Source: Phoronis australis (Eukaryota > Animalia > Phoronida). Taken from it: a DNA stretch of 64,000 nucleotides. The position numbers and the translations under genes are program-made. Shown here one piece after another: positions 1 to 13,027 of this stretch. The DNA is taken from positions 1,649,290 through 1,713,289 of the forward strand of contig NMRA01000018.1 of NCBI GenBank assembly GCA_002633005.1, written 5' to 3'. A model generated the notes under the pieces. It had not been told where the DNA came from. It saw nothing but the letters and a program-made list of their open reading frames with translations, and made no database searches. How positions within the stretch are numbered: position 1 is the first letter of the stretch; every line of letters starts with the position of its first letter.

Positions 1-108
1 TTATGGGGTAGGTACTTCTTGGATCCTTATAACATCTTCTAACCATGTAATAAGGGTTAACAACGCGTGAGAGAAGGACTTTAATGTGTTTTTTCAAATA
101 TGTTTTAG

Positions 109-2924
109 ATGCTGCCAAGTTCATGACAAATGTTATGGTGTTATCGTCCGCAGCAAGCTTTGCGGATTCAATGGACACAGCATTGGCTTGTATATCACGA
201 GATACCACTTCAGTAAATGCCGCAATCGCAAGGTTACATGCAGTAAGTTCTACACTTATTCATCAGTGCTATCTAGTGGCTGTACACCTCGAGATATCTC
301 TTCAGTCGATGCCGGCAAGGCAACGTTGCAGCAAGTTGTGCATCTATTCACCAGTGACAGCTCGTGGATGTACATCGCGAGACCTCACTTCTGTAGCAGA
401 GTATAACTCGTTGTACACCAATTCACTTTGTCAATGTCATTCTTTGTTATCAAATTGGTCTACCTGTATATGTGCATTAGGAAAGCTGGCGGCCCGCTTA
501 CCGCTGCCGTGTGTAGACTTCAACACAGATCGCGGTAGACACAAGGCTTCGATATCAGGAACACTGGTCTTTGTCTGGAACAAGGCATTACTGGACTACC
601 CACGACTTGAAAGCAAAATATACTGAATGAAATAAATTTAACTATCGTGGATTAAAACCGTAAATTTTTCGGTCTTCCGGACTTCTGAAATTGAATTCCC
701 CTGAAAAGTTGTGTTGAAGTTGTTCTTCCGTAGTGTTGCTAAAATGATGTCATCGTTTTAGTTTTATTGACCACGGAAGATAACGGTGGTTATGACTTGT
801 GAACTTTAACAAGTGATCGCGAGAACGAATCATAAGTTAATTAGTTTACGTACAGGAGACAGGTTCGTAGCAACGTATGGGGTTTTGCTCATTTTCCTCT
901 TAATTATGAACACGTGCAACGAATATCGCTGCGTTTGTTAATGAAAAGAAGTTAACAAACTCATGAATGGCAACGAATATCACTCGTATCATGATTGCTT
1001 GAAAATAGTTCAAACAGGTCTGAATTTTCAAACTTTAGTGCAAACGTGCATTTGCCCCAATAACCCCACATTCCGTCGCTCGCGGGATCGCATTAAATCA
1101 CCCGCCTCACCTTCTTCACGTGTAGTGTACTTCTTACAGCACTGACCTTGCAAAACGTAAGGTGTTCTTGTAAAGAATAGTAGTGAAATTTGTCAGTCTT
1201 ACGGAACTCAAAAACTAGGCATTTAAAAGGAAAATTTTAACAACGTTTTTGAGGTTGACGAATGACTATTAAATTTGAAAAGATTCAGTTAAATTCACCA
1301 AGCCGTTCAAATTAAGTTGATTAACCGAAGCCGAGGAAAAGCGGTAAACGTTACGAGTCGCAAAATCTCAAGGTTTCTGATTAATTATTAGGTGAAAATT
1401 TGTTTTTGGTCAATATAACCTTGTCAGCTATTTAAAAAATTCACTTTTGGCGTCAACTGAATTTGCGGTGTGTAATTACACTTAATTATCACTGAAACGT
1501 TTTAACTTTGTAAGTCTTGTTTCATATGCCTCGAGTCCAACTAGGTCAAAAACTGGGTCAGCAGTAACTAGGTCAATAGTTCATTGGCACACACCTCGGC
1601 ACGGGCAGACTGATCACGAAACCAACTTAGAAATGGAAAATAAAAATCGAGTCTGTGACTAAAAAGCCTCGTGAGCACGAGATCCAAACAGCGAGACATC
1701 AAGTTGCCGATGAAATTAATTAATTTGGTTGAGGGTTTATGTGCTTTCATATCATGATGTGTTCGTGAACCCAACTCACCAGCGACTCGGACTGAATGCA
1801 TTTGTTCGCACAGAGATGCACAACTACCTTAGCATCAAAAGTAGTGAACACATTTTTAAGCGGGTGGCGGTGGTTCTGTTGAATCTTTTTCTTTCTCACT
1901 ACGTGGTATATATGTTTCGTATTTGACAATCTTCGAGAATGAAAATGTTGTATTTTGCTAGACATACTTGAAATATTGTGAATAAGGTTTGAGATATCCT
2001 TAATCATGCGTGCACCCAGCCTAAAAAATGGGGGACTCGAATTTTTGAGAAAGTGGACGTTAAATACTAAGTTTCGCGAGGTGAGAGCTATGATCGAATT
2101 GTGCATTCGCCGAATTGTGGTATGCCTGCCTTTTTTAGTGGGCTTTTGTCACGTTTACTATTTTTTCGGATTTTTTGTTTCTTTGAGGCGGACCTTTTTG
2201 TCCACTTTACCAAATTGGGGGGTGGTGTGGGCTCGTTCGAGCCCCCAAGCCCCCAACCCCCATGTTAATTTTTTTGTAAATTAAGTATGATTTACTTACC
2301 CTTGCATGACTAGATGAGATCACGTTTAATCAGTTATCACCAACTATAACCTTAGGTCAGAAGAAAGGGCCAACCCGCATTAGTTTCAAAGGCGGGATGT
2401 TTATAACTTCATAATGTGTCCAAATCATGTTCTAATCTCCTAAGTTTCTCTTTTGTTCGGCGACAGCTGCGCTTCTGATCAACGAAAACACAGTCACATA
2501 CAAATCTTTCTGCTGACATCCTGTATGAAAAAGATTTCAAAATGCATGTACAGCTAAGCACTACCTAATAATGCATACAGTAAATGTTTTGAAGAGTTTG
2601 CTCGTGTAGACTGATTGTCTAAACTTACCAAAATATCAGACTCCGTGTTTGAAAACAAAACTTTCATATTTAAGCGTGTGACGTTTGATAAAACGGTGCC
2701 AGGATGAATCGTCAGATAAAAAAGTATTGATAACATCACCCGCATCTTTTACAGCCAAGAAGAAAAACTACCCGATGAGATGGTGGCAACCTTGGTATTG
2801 GAGCAGTTTCCCTATTGAGTGTCGTGTGGCAAAGTGCAAATGTGACTTGAAGTCGGCCAAATGCTTCGCAAAATATCGTTTAAATCCGAAATATTACAAT
2901 TATGATTTGAAGAAATGTAAATGA
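109..2924 (+). CDS. Secreted phospholipase A2 (group I/II-like, echinoderm-type), last two coding exons; 5' exons lie upstream of the window
   Basis: Exon 109-242 (ttttag|...|gtaagt) encodes CCQVHDKCY, the sPLA2 catalytic His-Asp motif CCxxHDxCY. Exon 2755-2924 (ttttacag|) joins in phase 1 and encodes ...ECRVAKCKCDLKSAKCFAKYRLNPKYYNYDLKKCK*, the CxCD-AxCF helix. AATAAA at 3355-3360. Confidence 0.92.
1050..2090. repeat. Diverged dispersed repeat (probable old non-autonomous DNA element) in the PLA2 intron; direct copy at ~10570-11780
   Basis: Collinear similar blocks: ttaacaacgtttttgaggttga (1237) vs ttaataccgtttttgagattga (10688); aaatcgagtc...aaattaat...gagggttt (1644-1738) vs 11201-11295; acttaatta ends in both. 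Boundaries approximate. Confidence 0.6.
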
Positions 2925-2959
2925 ACGTCAAAAGAGTGTTGCACATGTGAATAACAACA

Positions 2960-4210
2960 TTTATTCCATACGCGTTGAATCTGTCGAGGGAAATACGGCC
3001 ATGTTTCGCGTATTCACCTCCTGCACTACTTCAACAGTGACCTCTGACATGGAAAGTTCAACACGTAGGTCAATGTCGACTCGACGTCGTTAGCCAGTTA
3101 GATCATCAAACTTTCGTAAAATAGTTTAAAGCAGTGTAAATAGCACTCAACATGCAATCGGGTCTCAATCAGAACAGGACTGTTAATTATATAACCGTTC
3201 GGTCTCAGTTTTCTTTTGCTAAATATTATATCGTCTGCAACTCAGGCGCCGATTCCTCGGTAACTACCATACCAAATGTTGTTATTTAACTATTTTCAGG
3301 AGATGTAACAAGTTCAATGCATAGTTAGCGTTGTTTTCATATCTCTTTTCAAGTAATAAATCGTTACATTTAAAACTGTTTCGTTTACAAGAGAAAACTT
3401 GCAATCTAACGCGCAAGTAAATGTATATATATGATGTGACCCGTCACGTGAACAGTCAGAGTGAAGTATTTAAAAAATCAGCGGAAAAAATGAGAGAAAC
3501 CTAGGAATTCGAAGCGTATGGGATAAATACAAAACGTACCGAGAGTGGCGTTGATGAAGTAATTTCCCGCGCGACATTATTACGCGAAATAATGTCGAGT
3601 GGGGTATTATTTCATCTAGGCCAGTCGAGGTACCTTTTGTATTTATCCCATACGCTTCGAATTCTTAAGTTTCTTTCATTTTTTCGGCAGATTTTTAAGA
3701 TACTTCACCCAGGATATTCACGTGGCGGATCACATCCTATATGTATGTACTTGCGCGGGTTATGTTACAAGTTTTCTATAGTAAATGAACCAGTTTCAAT
3801 TTCATTGTAAGATAAAAACAACGGTAATTGTGCATTGAAAGTGTAACAGTTCGTGAGAAACAACATTTAACACTGTAGTTACCGAGGAATCGGCGCCTGA
3901 GTTTGCAGATGATAATATTTAGCAAACAAAACTGAGACAGAAGTGTCATATAATTTACAGCTTTATACCAGTTACGTTTGGAACTTGATTGCATGCTGAG
4001 TGTCATTTATACTGCTGCAATTGTATTACTTTGAACTATTTTGAGAAAGTCTGATGATCGAACCGACTAACCACGTCGATTCGACATTGACTTACCTTTT
4101 GAACTTTGCATGTCAGAGGGCACTGTTAAAGCAGTCCCGGAAATGAAATACTGAAAGCAATATCACATGGCCGCATTGCACTCGACTTACTTAACACATA
4201 TGGGATAAAA
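2960..4210. mobile_element. ~1.25 kb fold-back (palindromic) element; a partial copy (centre plus right arm) lies at ~13028-13725
   Basis: Left arm tttattccatacgcgttgaa...ctctgacatggaaagttcaa...gaattcgaagcgtatgggataaataca is the diverged reverse complement of the right arm tgtatttatcccatacgcttcgaattc...ttgaactttgcatgtcagag...tatgggataaa. Centre near 3572-3598 (cgacattatt/aataatgtcg). Confidence 0.85.
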
Positions 4211-5075
4211 ATGCTATTTTATGTTGCTCCTCATGCTTTCCAAAAGTGGTTTCAAGCGAATACATAATAAAGTACTTGTAGGATGTAACAGAAATATTGT
4301 CAAAATATTATAAAGAAATGGTTTCACTCTTAATTAACTGTGTTTTTTCTTTTTCTTTTTCAAAGTGCTTCAAAGTTTGTTTTACAATGCATGCATGTAG
4401 TAGTTGAGAAAATGCCACATTTGACTCTAATTTCCAGAGTTTCAGGTTTAGTAAATAACCCAACCAGTTTTGTAGCTTGAGAGTAGATATCAACGATTTT
4501 GAACAAAGCTGATCAGATGTGTCAAGGCCGACAGAAAGAAAATAACTGTTTCTATGCTTTCTACTAGTGAGGAAATTGTGTTCAATTTAAACAAAATACA
4601 GTGGTTGAAGAAGTTCTAGCTATGTGGAACATGCAAACTGTAAGTGGACCAGCTGACCAGAGGCTGGAAAAAGATTCGTCGCTGGCTTCTGTGATATGCA
4701 ATTCGAGTCAAGAGTAGCGCGCATTCTTCAGTATTTCTGAGTGTTTAGAAAGAAGTTTTGTAATTCTTGGAAACCATTTTCAGGCAATCATGTTTCAGGG
4801 TATTTTTTGTAAAAAATGTGACTCTCAACATCACAGCTACACGTGTGCGCAAACAACAAACGTGCTCATATAATGGGGTGTGTTTTAGGGTTTAAAGAAT
4901 CACAGCTTTGCCTATAAGCGATCTCTCTTCTTACGCGCTTGGATATATCAAGGCAAAAGTGGGGAATGGGATTAACACCATCTGTGCCGTATCTCCATAT
5001 TGAAATGTTGTAACTCCATGCTGTTTTTCGATGTCAAATGTCACCGTTATTCAAAATAATTCTGTGGAAACCCTG

Positions 5076-5171
5076 GTCTCCGTCGCCAATGGATAACGCA
5101 AAGGCCTCCTAACAAAAGGGTTGCAAAAATAGGTCATCCGGGAATTGTGGGTCCGACTCCCGCCAGAGGGG
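5076..5171 (+). pseudogene. tRNA-Arg(CCT) pseudogene with ~24-nt intron
   Basis: Collinear with the intact gene at 12190-12285 (GTCTCCG...AATGGATAA...GGCCTCCTA-intron-ATCCGGGAATTGTGGGTCCGACTCCCGCCAGAGG). Stems are broken and the B-box is mutated (GTCCGA instead of GTTCGA). Confidence 0.8.
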
Positions 5172-7714
5172 ATGCTTGTTTGTAATTTCAAATATACCCG
5201 ATGAAACTGGAGCATGAGGAAAACTCGCCTGGTCTCTAGCTACAGCAGTACAGGTCTTGGACTGCTGTTATGTTTATAACTTAGAAGCTGTCAACTTACC
5301 GACCCCCTGTTATCACTAATAGTAAACATTGGAACTTAACACCCAGCCTTGTATTCTGTACACGTACACTCTACAAATGAATATTTATGAAATAATTAAA
5401 GACTTTTCGTTAAAATATGCAAAAACAACACAAAAAACAGTGTATGAGATGACATCGGTTTTTTTCTACATCCAGTATTCATGATTTTACAAAATAATAA
5501 GTTAATGTGAAGATGGAGTATGAATACAAAACTTGTAGTAATTTTTATTACAGGCTTTGGTGTTTTATTACAAGCTTTTCAGTTTCATTCGTGCACTTTC
5601 GAGAACGTCATGATATTATCGTAATAGTGGATATAATAGTTTTACAGCTATATCAAATGTTGAGAACTGTTTCAGTTGCGTCATAAGTCCTTGTGTATGT
5701 TGGTTAAGCAGACGTCACTGGTGTCATCCATTTAAATGAACACCTGTGAGTACAGCAAGACACAAAATAATGTCAGTCTTTAATAAAGTTGGCAACTGTT
5801 GTCAAGAGAATCTTAGACATTATTAATCTAAATAAGCAATCTTGTTTATTCATTATTTGTACTTTTGCATTTGAATGTGTTAACTAAATGCACTACAATG
5901 AATTTAACCAAAGTAAACTAATTCTCCATTTTCGTACAAGTATTAAAAGAAACACTCTGAACAAGCTTACTGTACACTTTATATACATCCCAAAATGAGA
6001 CTGAAGCTAACCAAGGTGACCTTACAGGTTAGAAATACGCTGATGTTACAATTTTATAAACTATTCTTTTGTCATGGTAGAGTGCAACCTCTAAATCCAT
6101 TTGACAATTTAGGGCGTTTCACTGCAACCATCATCATTTTGTTCGGTCCCAGACTATGTTTTGGCGACACATGTTCAGTCAAACGTTCCACATATGCTGG
6201 TTAACAACACTGAACTGAACAGGTCAAACACACAGTTGAGTCACATTGCCGTAGTTGTGTATTGCTTCAGTTCCTAGAATCCCATGAAAAGCAGTCTGTA
6301 CCCTGCATGTCTCTTTTTATTCTATTTGTTGTGATAGTGTGGGTTGTGACCTCCAACCACTTCAGATAGGGACTGAGACTGATTCATATGTGAAAGTGGA
6401 GATAAAACCAGGAAAAGTAGATAGGGAATTTCAGTCCCAAGACAGCACCAAAATACCCCTCAAACGCATTAAAGTTCGTCATTAAGAGTAGAGAAAATAG
6501 CTATGCATGTACTCAGGGTACCTATAAATAAATTCTCATCAATTAAGTTAACTTACCATTAACTGAGTGTACAAGCACTAATTGGTAATTCATTTGTGTT
6601 TCCTTAGTGCCTGTTCTAAATCACCCAGGGTATTTGATTTATTTTCTGTAGTTAATGGATTGAAGACAACGAAACGTAAATATAGCTGTAAACAACAGTT
6701 TGCCTACCGGTACGTGAAACTTAATTCTTTCTCAAGGAGATCTTATCACACACAGAGAAGAGGATCAGATGGTGGCAAAAAGTAATGCAAAATGAGGTCC
6801 ACTCTATAATGACAGGAAATGGTGACAAACTCCCAAAGAATTATATCCCCTCACTAAGTCTTGATCAGCTGTAAAACCGCACTTTTGTTTGATTCTTATA
6901 ACAGCAAATCAAAGTATCCTCTGGCCTTAAAATTGGCAGTCCCAAGTAGTCATGTGGTTGTTTCCTATTCTGTTATTTTTGATTCTGTTGCAGGGAACAC
7001 GCCTAAAATCTGGAAAGCTACATTTCTCTGAAAAAAACTAAACTCTGAAGTTTCTGAAGAGCTTTCTATAAATGAAAACAATTTGGCTATGGGGAAAAAG
7101 TTTATTTCACTAATAAAATTCACTGAATGGGCTAAACAGAAAGGAAAGGTCAAAATTCCAACTGCTAAACACTTGATCAACTTATGAATAATGAGAACAA
7201 ACAAAAATTAATAATTTACAGGGGACATTTAAAAATCTTGTTGAAGAAAAAGAAGAATACTCCACTCTATATGAAATGTAAACAACTCAGATTATTCAAG
7301 TGCAAAAATAAGTTCCTCCGTTATTCGGACGTAAAGTCATATATAGGTCAGATTCTTCTGCATTTTCATCAAACTTGTGCATTACCACAATATTATAATT
7401 TTGTCATAATTGTTCATTTGTTTGGGTTTGTTTTGGTCTACTGGTCTGACTGTCATCGCTCAAAAATCACTCAGACCCTGTGTTGGTGCAAGGACTGACA
7501 TGGTTTTCAAATGGGTCTTGTTATCTCTTAGTTTACTAAGTTGTCTCTTAATTGAATAACTGTTCACTTTGGATATACTTTTATGTTAGCACAGCAAAAG
7601 ATTTCAGATATGTTTCTGTCAACTTGCTTTGTTTTCTGTCGACTAAATTCTATGGCCCATCCAGCCTGAGTATCCATGTGATGTACTGCTCATTTCTGTA
7701 GTAAACATGTTGAT

Positions 7715-7774
7715 GTCGTAGACCAAGTAGGTCCCCCGTCCAAACTTGGTCGGGGGACCTACTTGGTCTACGAC
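7715..7774. repeat. 60-bp near-perfect hairpin
   Basis: gtcgtagaccaagtaggtcccccg and cgggggacctacttggtctacgac are exact 24-bp reverse complements; the inner ccaa/ttgg also pairs. Confidence 0.9.
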
Positions 7775-9549
7775 TTTGACACATTGCCCATTCGAAGAAG
7801 CATTGTTTGCAAGCGACAGGATAAACATTAAAATATGTTGCAGAAACAGTGGTAGTTGCTTTCTGTATGGCAGGGCACAAGTGATTCAGATTCAATAAAG
7901 TGTCGCAGAATGAAAGCGACGTCTTAACACATTCTATCTATTTCCGTTTACATGACGCAAACATCTGAAGTGTACTGCACAATTGTATTTCTTGTACTAT
8001 TATCTTGCTGTGCAGTCACTCTGACATGTGTGTACGGTGTGTATGCACTCATTCTACTAACACTATAATTTACATTGAACACTGCTGTTGCTCATCAGTC
8101 TGATCTCTGATTTCGAATGATACATTCTGATTGCAGTCACTGTGTAGCTCATTTAGCCATTTGTTGTTTTACTTAACTTGCTTTGTTTTTCTACACAAAA
8201 CATTAAGGACATTCACTCAATTCATCAATTTACCCGACATATACTGTAGTGTTTTACAGGGAGTATGGATAAAAATAATATCGTACTTACTTTCTAGCCT
8301 AAGTCAGACTTTAGTCAAATTGAGCAGAAGTTGACAGCTTAGAGCATTCACCTCACGAAAGGGAACAGAATTTCGTTCATATATGAGCTAGACTATTTGT
8401 TGTATAATGTTTAAGCATTTACACCTTAAAAAGAAAAATTAGCGTTGTTAAATGTGTGTGATTGGAAATATTCTTATACATGTAACTGCAGCAACACTCA
8501 GTGAATGAATGTGCTTATTTAAGAAAGCAAGTGAAAATTCAAAAATAATTCCAATATTCATTTGGCCAAAGATTAATGACATTTTCAGTTGAAAATTGGG
8601 TCTACTGAACATCTATTGACTGTGCTAAAATATATGTGCATCCAGCAGTGTGTGTACTTCGTTTCTATTCTACATCAATTTGTCATGTTCTGTTCTACAC
8701 CACTATACTTCTAAATAAATAAGTAATGTGCTCCAAATGATTGTTGTTTGCTGAAAAGTGGTTGGACGTGGAAGCGACCGGTTTCAGTAACTCTAGGACC
8801 TCGCTACACTTGAAAACAATCCTACGTTGACACCAAACCGGTCGAGATTGGGCAACTCGACCGGTTTGCGCATCACATAATCTGCCAGTTCAGATCAAAG
8901 ACACCATGCTGTTTGTGGTTGATTAAATCGCCTCAGACTGCTGATGTTATCGTTGATAATGAAACCGTCATAAACGCGTTGAGGGTGTCAATAGCATTTT
9001 TCAAATTTCATCTGGAAACTTTGTATATAGCATATTTGAATAGTTCGTGGAAACCACACGTGATTAGGTTTTTGAATTTTGAAACTTGAACAAGAAATGT
9101 GACCCAGTTAGTAGGCAATCGGTCAATACCCATTTGGTATTATATACCCATTTGGTACTATGCTAACCTGTGCCACTTAGTATCCGATACTCAATTACAC
9201 TTTTGGGTATCGGAAATGTGTGTGTTATCTCTTGTAATTAAGGAACCCATCTGGTTCCTTCTGTGAAATATTTATTTAGAGCTGCGACCCTGAAATTCCC
9301 AATACAACTTAAAATATATATTATTCTTGCTGATTTATTCGTCCCCTATAACTGAACTTAAACATTAATCTTTGCGATCTTTGTTTCTGTTGTGGGTTTG
9401 CGTTTTGTCTGTACTGTCGTGAATTCCATTTGGAGTGTTACTGTATGCGGTTTGCGGGGCGTTGGTACTTCTCTGCGGGTGATGTGATATTCTTGGTGGC
9501 TAAACTTGGTGTGATGAGTTTTTACGAGATGATCATTATTTAAAACATT

Positions 9550-10355
9550 CGCACTGAAACGAACAGAGTTAGTAAGAATAATAAAATCCTCCAGAGGGTG
9601 CAAAGCAAATCATAAATGTTCTTGTCAGTGGGAACAGACACCTGGCATCTTTCATCCCGAGTCTCCAAGAAAATTGGAGGATAGGGAGGCACAAGATAAA
9701 GGACGCAAAAACAATAGTAACCCCACTATTATGTGGAAAGTTGAAATCCATTCGAAATAGGACACGTGCTGGTGGCTAGGTGGTAATAACTTATTTGCCA
9801 AACTTTTTATGGGAATCCATTGTGAAATTTGGTTGATATCGAGGCAAAACGCTAAACACAAAACTGCCACATGGGACTTCCCATTGCAATCAGATCTGCC
9901 ACGAAATCTACTTCAAGTGTACTCCTCTCGATGGAAACACATGCCAAATTTCATGAAGTTCGGTCAAGGAACTTAGTATGGAGCCACCGCTCAAAAATAG
10001 AGTTGCCACAAGAAGACATAAAAGCAATTCAAAAATTGCTGTCTGCCATACAATTTATAGAGTGAACAGATGCCAGTTTGAGAGTGATTTAGTCGACAGA
10101 CGTCAACAACCAGACTGAAAAACAGTAAAAACACAGATACAACGTAGCGCAGAATACGCCAAATCCATCCGGAGTGTCGTTTCATACATCGATATGGAAA
10201 TTTCTTTGCCAATATTTATGAAAATTGGTCCAGGAACTTCGAAGATACAGAAGGTAAAAAATAAAATTGTGTAAGGGGGCAGAGCGGTAGTTGACCCATC
10301 CAAAAGTCGTCGACCTTTATTGTCCATTTTCTAGAAATACATTGGCCAAATTTAA
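9550..10355. repeat. Degenerate internally repeated family (core GCCAAATTTCATGAA); related to 25620-26900, 30820-32100 and (reverse) 62600-63335
   Basis: Recurring gccaaatttcatgaa / gccaaactttttatggga / gccaatatttatgaaaat cores at ~120-200 bp spacing. Confidence 0.6.
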
Positions 10356-12189
10356 GGTTATCTCAATTCTTATTTAGTTGCCTCCATTCTAACTCGCATA
10401 TCAGAAAACCCGGCATTGTCAACTAGTGAGAGTACACGTTTTATGATAGAAAAAAGATTAGGTGCTCTAAAATTATATTTTATATTTATGCGCCATTATT
10501 AATATTACATTAAGACCTTTTTAAATCAAAATTTCATTTTTAAGAAAAATACTTTGATTGCAAAATAACCTCTCGGTCTGTTTTAATGAAAACTCCGCCA
10601 GTTACCTCAAAATGCGCTGTTAAAATAGCAGTTGCATTCGTCTTTGCTACATTACGCAAAAACAATATCTCTAGTACATCAAAAATCTTAATACCGTTTT
10701 TGAGATTGATGATAAATATTGAGTTTGGACAGTTTCAACGAAATCCACCGAGCCGTGTTCCTAAGTTTAATTTAAGTCTATATGTCGAAGCCGACAAAAA
10801 TCCGATCAAGTTGAGACACGTGACAGTTTCAAGGTCTTCGGTTAGTTATTCGGTGAAACTCGTTTCCAGCCAATGTAACGTACACGCCTTAACCATGTTC
10901 GCCATTTCAACATTCACTAGCAATGCCAGAGTACTTTGCACAATACTTAATTAACTTAGCATGTGCTGCTCACCATAGGGGACTGGATGGGCTATAGCNC
11001 CCCCCCCCCTTATACCAGTGCTGCGCCGCACGTGTTAGGGATGGTTTTAATCTTGTTCGTGGGGCTTCCTGTACTTCGTGCTTTCTAGGTCAGAAGGCGG
11101 AGACAACAGCAAGTAAGTCAACAGTTCATTGTATTACACACCACACACCGGCGAGAATGACACATTGTAGACAAGAAACTAAGTACTAAATGGACAATAG
11201 AAATCGAGTCGATGATTAAAGCACGCCATAAAGACGAGATCGAGACGACAAACTGTCAAATTATAGATCAAATTAATGAATTTCGCGGAGGGTTTCTCGT
11301 TTTTCGCAACTTGTTGTGTTAGTGAACGACTAAGTTACAGAGGTGTGCGTCGACTCGGAGCATTTGTTCTCAACGCTTGTACAGCATGCATGCTGACACA
11401 ACTCCCTCAAGATCAAAACTACGTTTTGTCTGCGTTTTCCCCGCCATCTCTCTATCGTATGTTCACTTCGTTGACGTTAACATGGCGACTCGCTGAATGA
11501 AAGGACTGCGGGTACATATCGAGCTGCTCTGTGCCTGGCGGGAGATTCGATTTGAGTGACAGTCCTGTAACCTTTAATTTCGAATAAATAGTAAACAAAT
11601 GGCCACTCTATTGAAGATGGTTGAACTAAATTTTTTTCTCGGTACACGGTATATATTTGAAGTTCTTTGAGAATGAAGATAAGGTATTTTTCTACATCTA
11701 TTTGAAATATCGTAAAAACGGCCAAATTTTGTTAATAAGATTTTAGATGTCGCTATGTGGAATTCCAAGTTCAAGCACTTGACCCAATTTATTCGACCTT
11801 AGCAACACTCGAATTTCGATTGACACTCACTTTGCCAGCCATGCAGGTGCATCCCACCAAAATCAAAAGTTGAGCTAAACTATATAAAATTCAGTTTTAA
11901 CAAAAATGGCAATTACCACTACCAGTAACAACTTTCTGACACATTGCGAGCTCCCAATGAGATGAGCCTGTAGACCGGGAGTTTTGAATTGGTTGAGATT
12001 TTGTGTGTTTTCTGGAGCGTCGAGAGATTTGGGGGGTATTATGACGCTTACACGCTTCCAACTGCGACGACGACCAATCCAAAAACTGACTACTATTTAC
12101 ATCCGCTTGACACTACATTCAAACACTGTTCACAATGTTTTTGAGCAGTCTAGGTTCACCAGCCAGAGATGTTTCAATTTACAAAAAGC

Positions 12190-12285
12190 CACCTCCGGCG
12201 GGACTCGAACCCACAATCCCCGGCTGGCCACCTCGCAGTGACGTTATATAGGAGGCCGGTGCCTTATCCATTAGGCCACGGAGGC
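12190..12285 (-). tRNA. tRNA-Arg-CCT: tRNA-Arg(CCT) with a 23-nt intron (12226-12248)
   Basis: Reverse complement folds as GCCTCCG/CGGAGGT acceptor stem, D arm TGGCCTAATGGATAAGGC, CCGGC/GCCGG anticodon stem with loop CT-CCT-A[intron]A, and T arm GTGGG-TTCGAGT-CCCGC. 73 nt mature, intron at the canonical 37/38 site, TTTTT Pol III terminator at 12183-12187. Confidence 0.93.
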
Positions 12286-12554
12286 AGTTGTTCAAACAGT
12301 GACTTATTTTAAACAAGAGTGATAGATGAAAAGAAAAACAACTTTGGATAATAAAGTTCCAACATGGAGATACAGCAGTTATCTTTCCGGCTGGTCTGCT
12401 CACTGATCGAGCTTGTACGGAACCTGCTTTGCCAGGTACTTTATATAATATTTGCCCATTTGGCAGTTTGTACTCATTTGGTTCTAAAGAGTATGCCAGC
12501 CTAAAAAAATAATTTCATAAAAACACTCCCCAAAGGTAAAAAATCATATCATGA

Positions 12555-12722
12555 AGGGTTGGGATTAGGGTCAGGGTTAGGGTAAGCGTGACGGTTAGGT
12601 TTAAAGACAAGGGGTTAAGACTGGGGTTGAGATCGGGCTAGGGCGAGGGTGTGGGTTAGGGCAAGTGGTTGGACGGCGATGGCGAGGGTTAGGGTAAAAT
12701 TGAGGGTGAGGGTTAGGGTAAG
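12555..12722 (+). repeat. Degenerate TTAGGG-like G-rich tract
   Basis: gggattagggtcagggttagggtaag...gggttagggc...gagggttagggta, ~6-bp periodicity. Confidence 0.7.
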
Positions 12723-13027
12723 GAAGAGGGTCCTTTATTCTTCTAATAGTGTTAATGTATTTCGCTTCGTAAGAGTTCTTGAAGTGAGGCCTTTGATAAA
12801 GTGACGTTATTTAAGTTTACGCGCACGGATTTCAGATTTTAAAGCTTTATAAGCAAAAGACACCATTTTGACTTTATTTAAAATATAAACCTTCTCCAAA
12901 CGAAATGTCGACTTCAAGGTTCATAAAACAATATTTATCATTATCAACCATTAACATCTTGTATTTTCTTAATACAACTGAACAACACTAATCCATAGTA
13001 CACGATAATCTTTCTTACGTGCATACA

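Noticed and set aside
84-626. 180-aa ORF
   Set aside because: Overlaps the PLA2 exon in another frame and runs into the intron; no recognisable motif.
5540-6560. Possible minus-strand spliced transcript (donor near 6555, acceptor near 5744, AATAAA near 5545-5570)
   Set aside because: All frames close quickly, and isolated splice-like signals are expected by chance; cannot be supported without RNA data.
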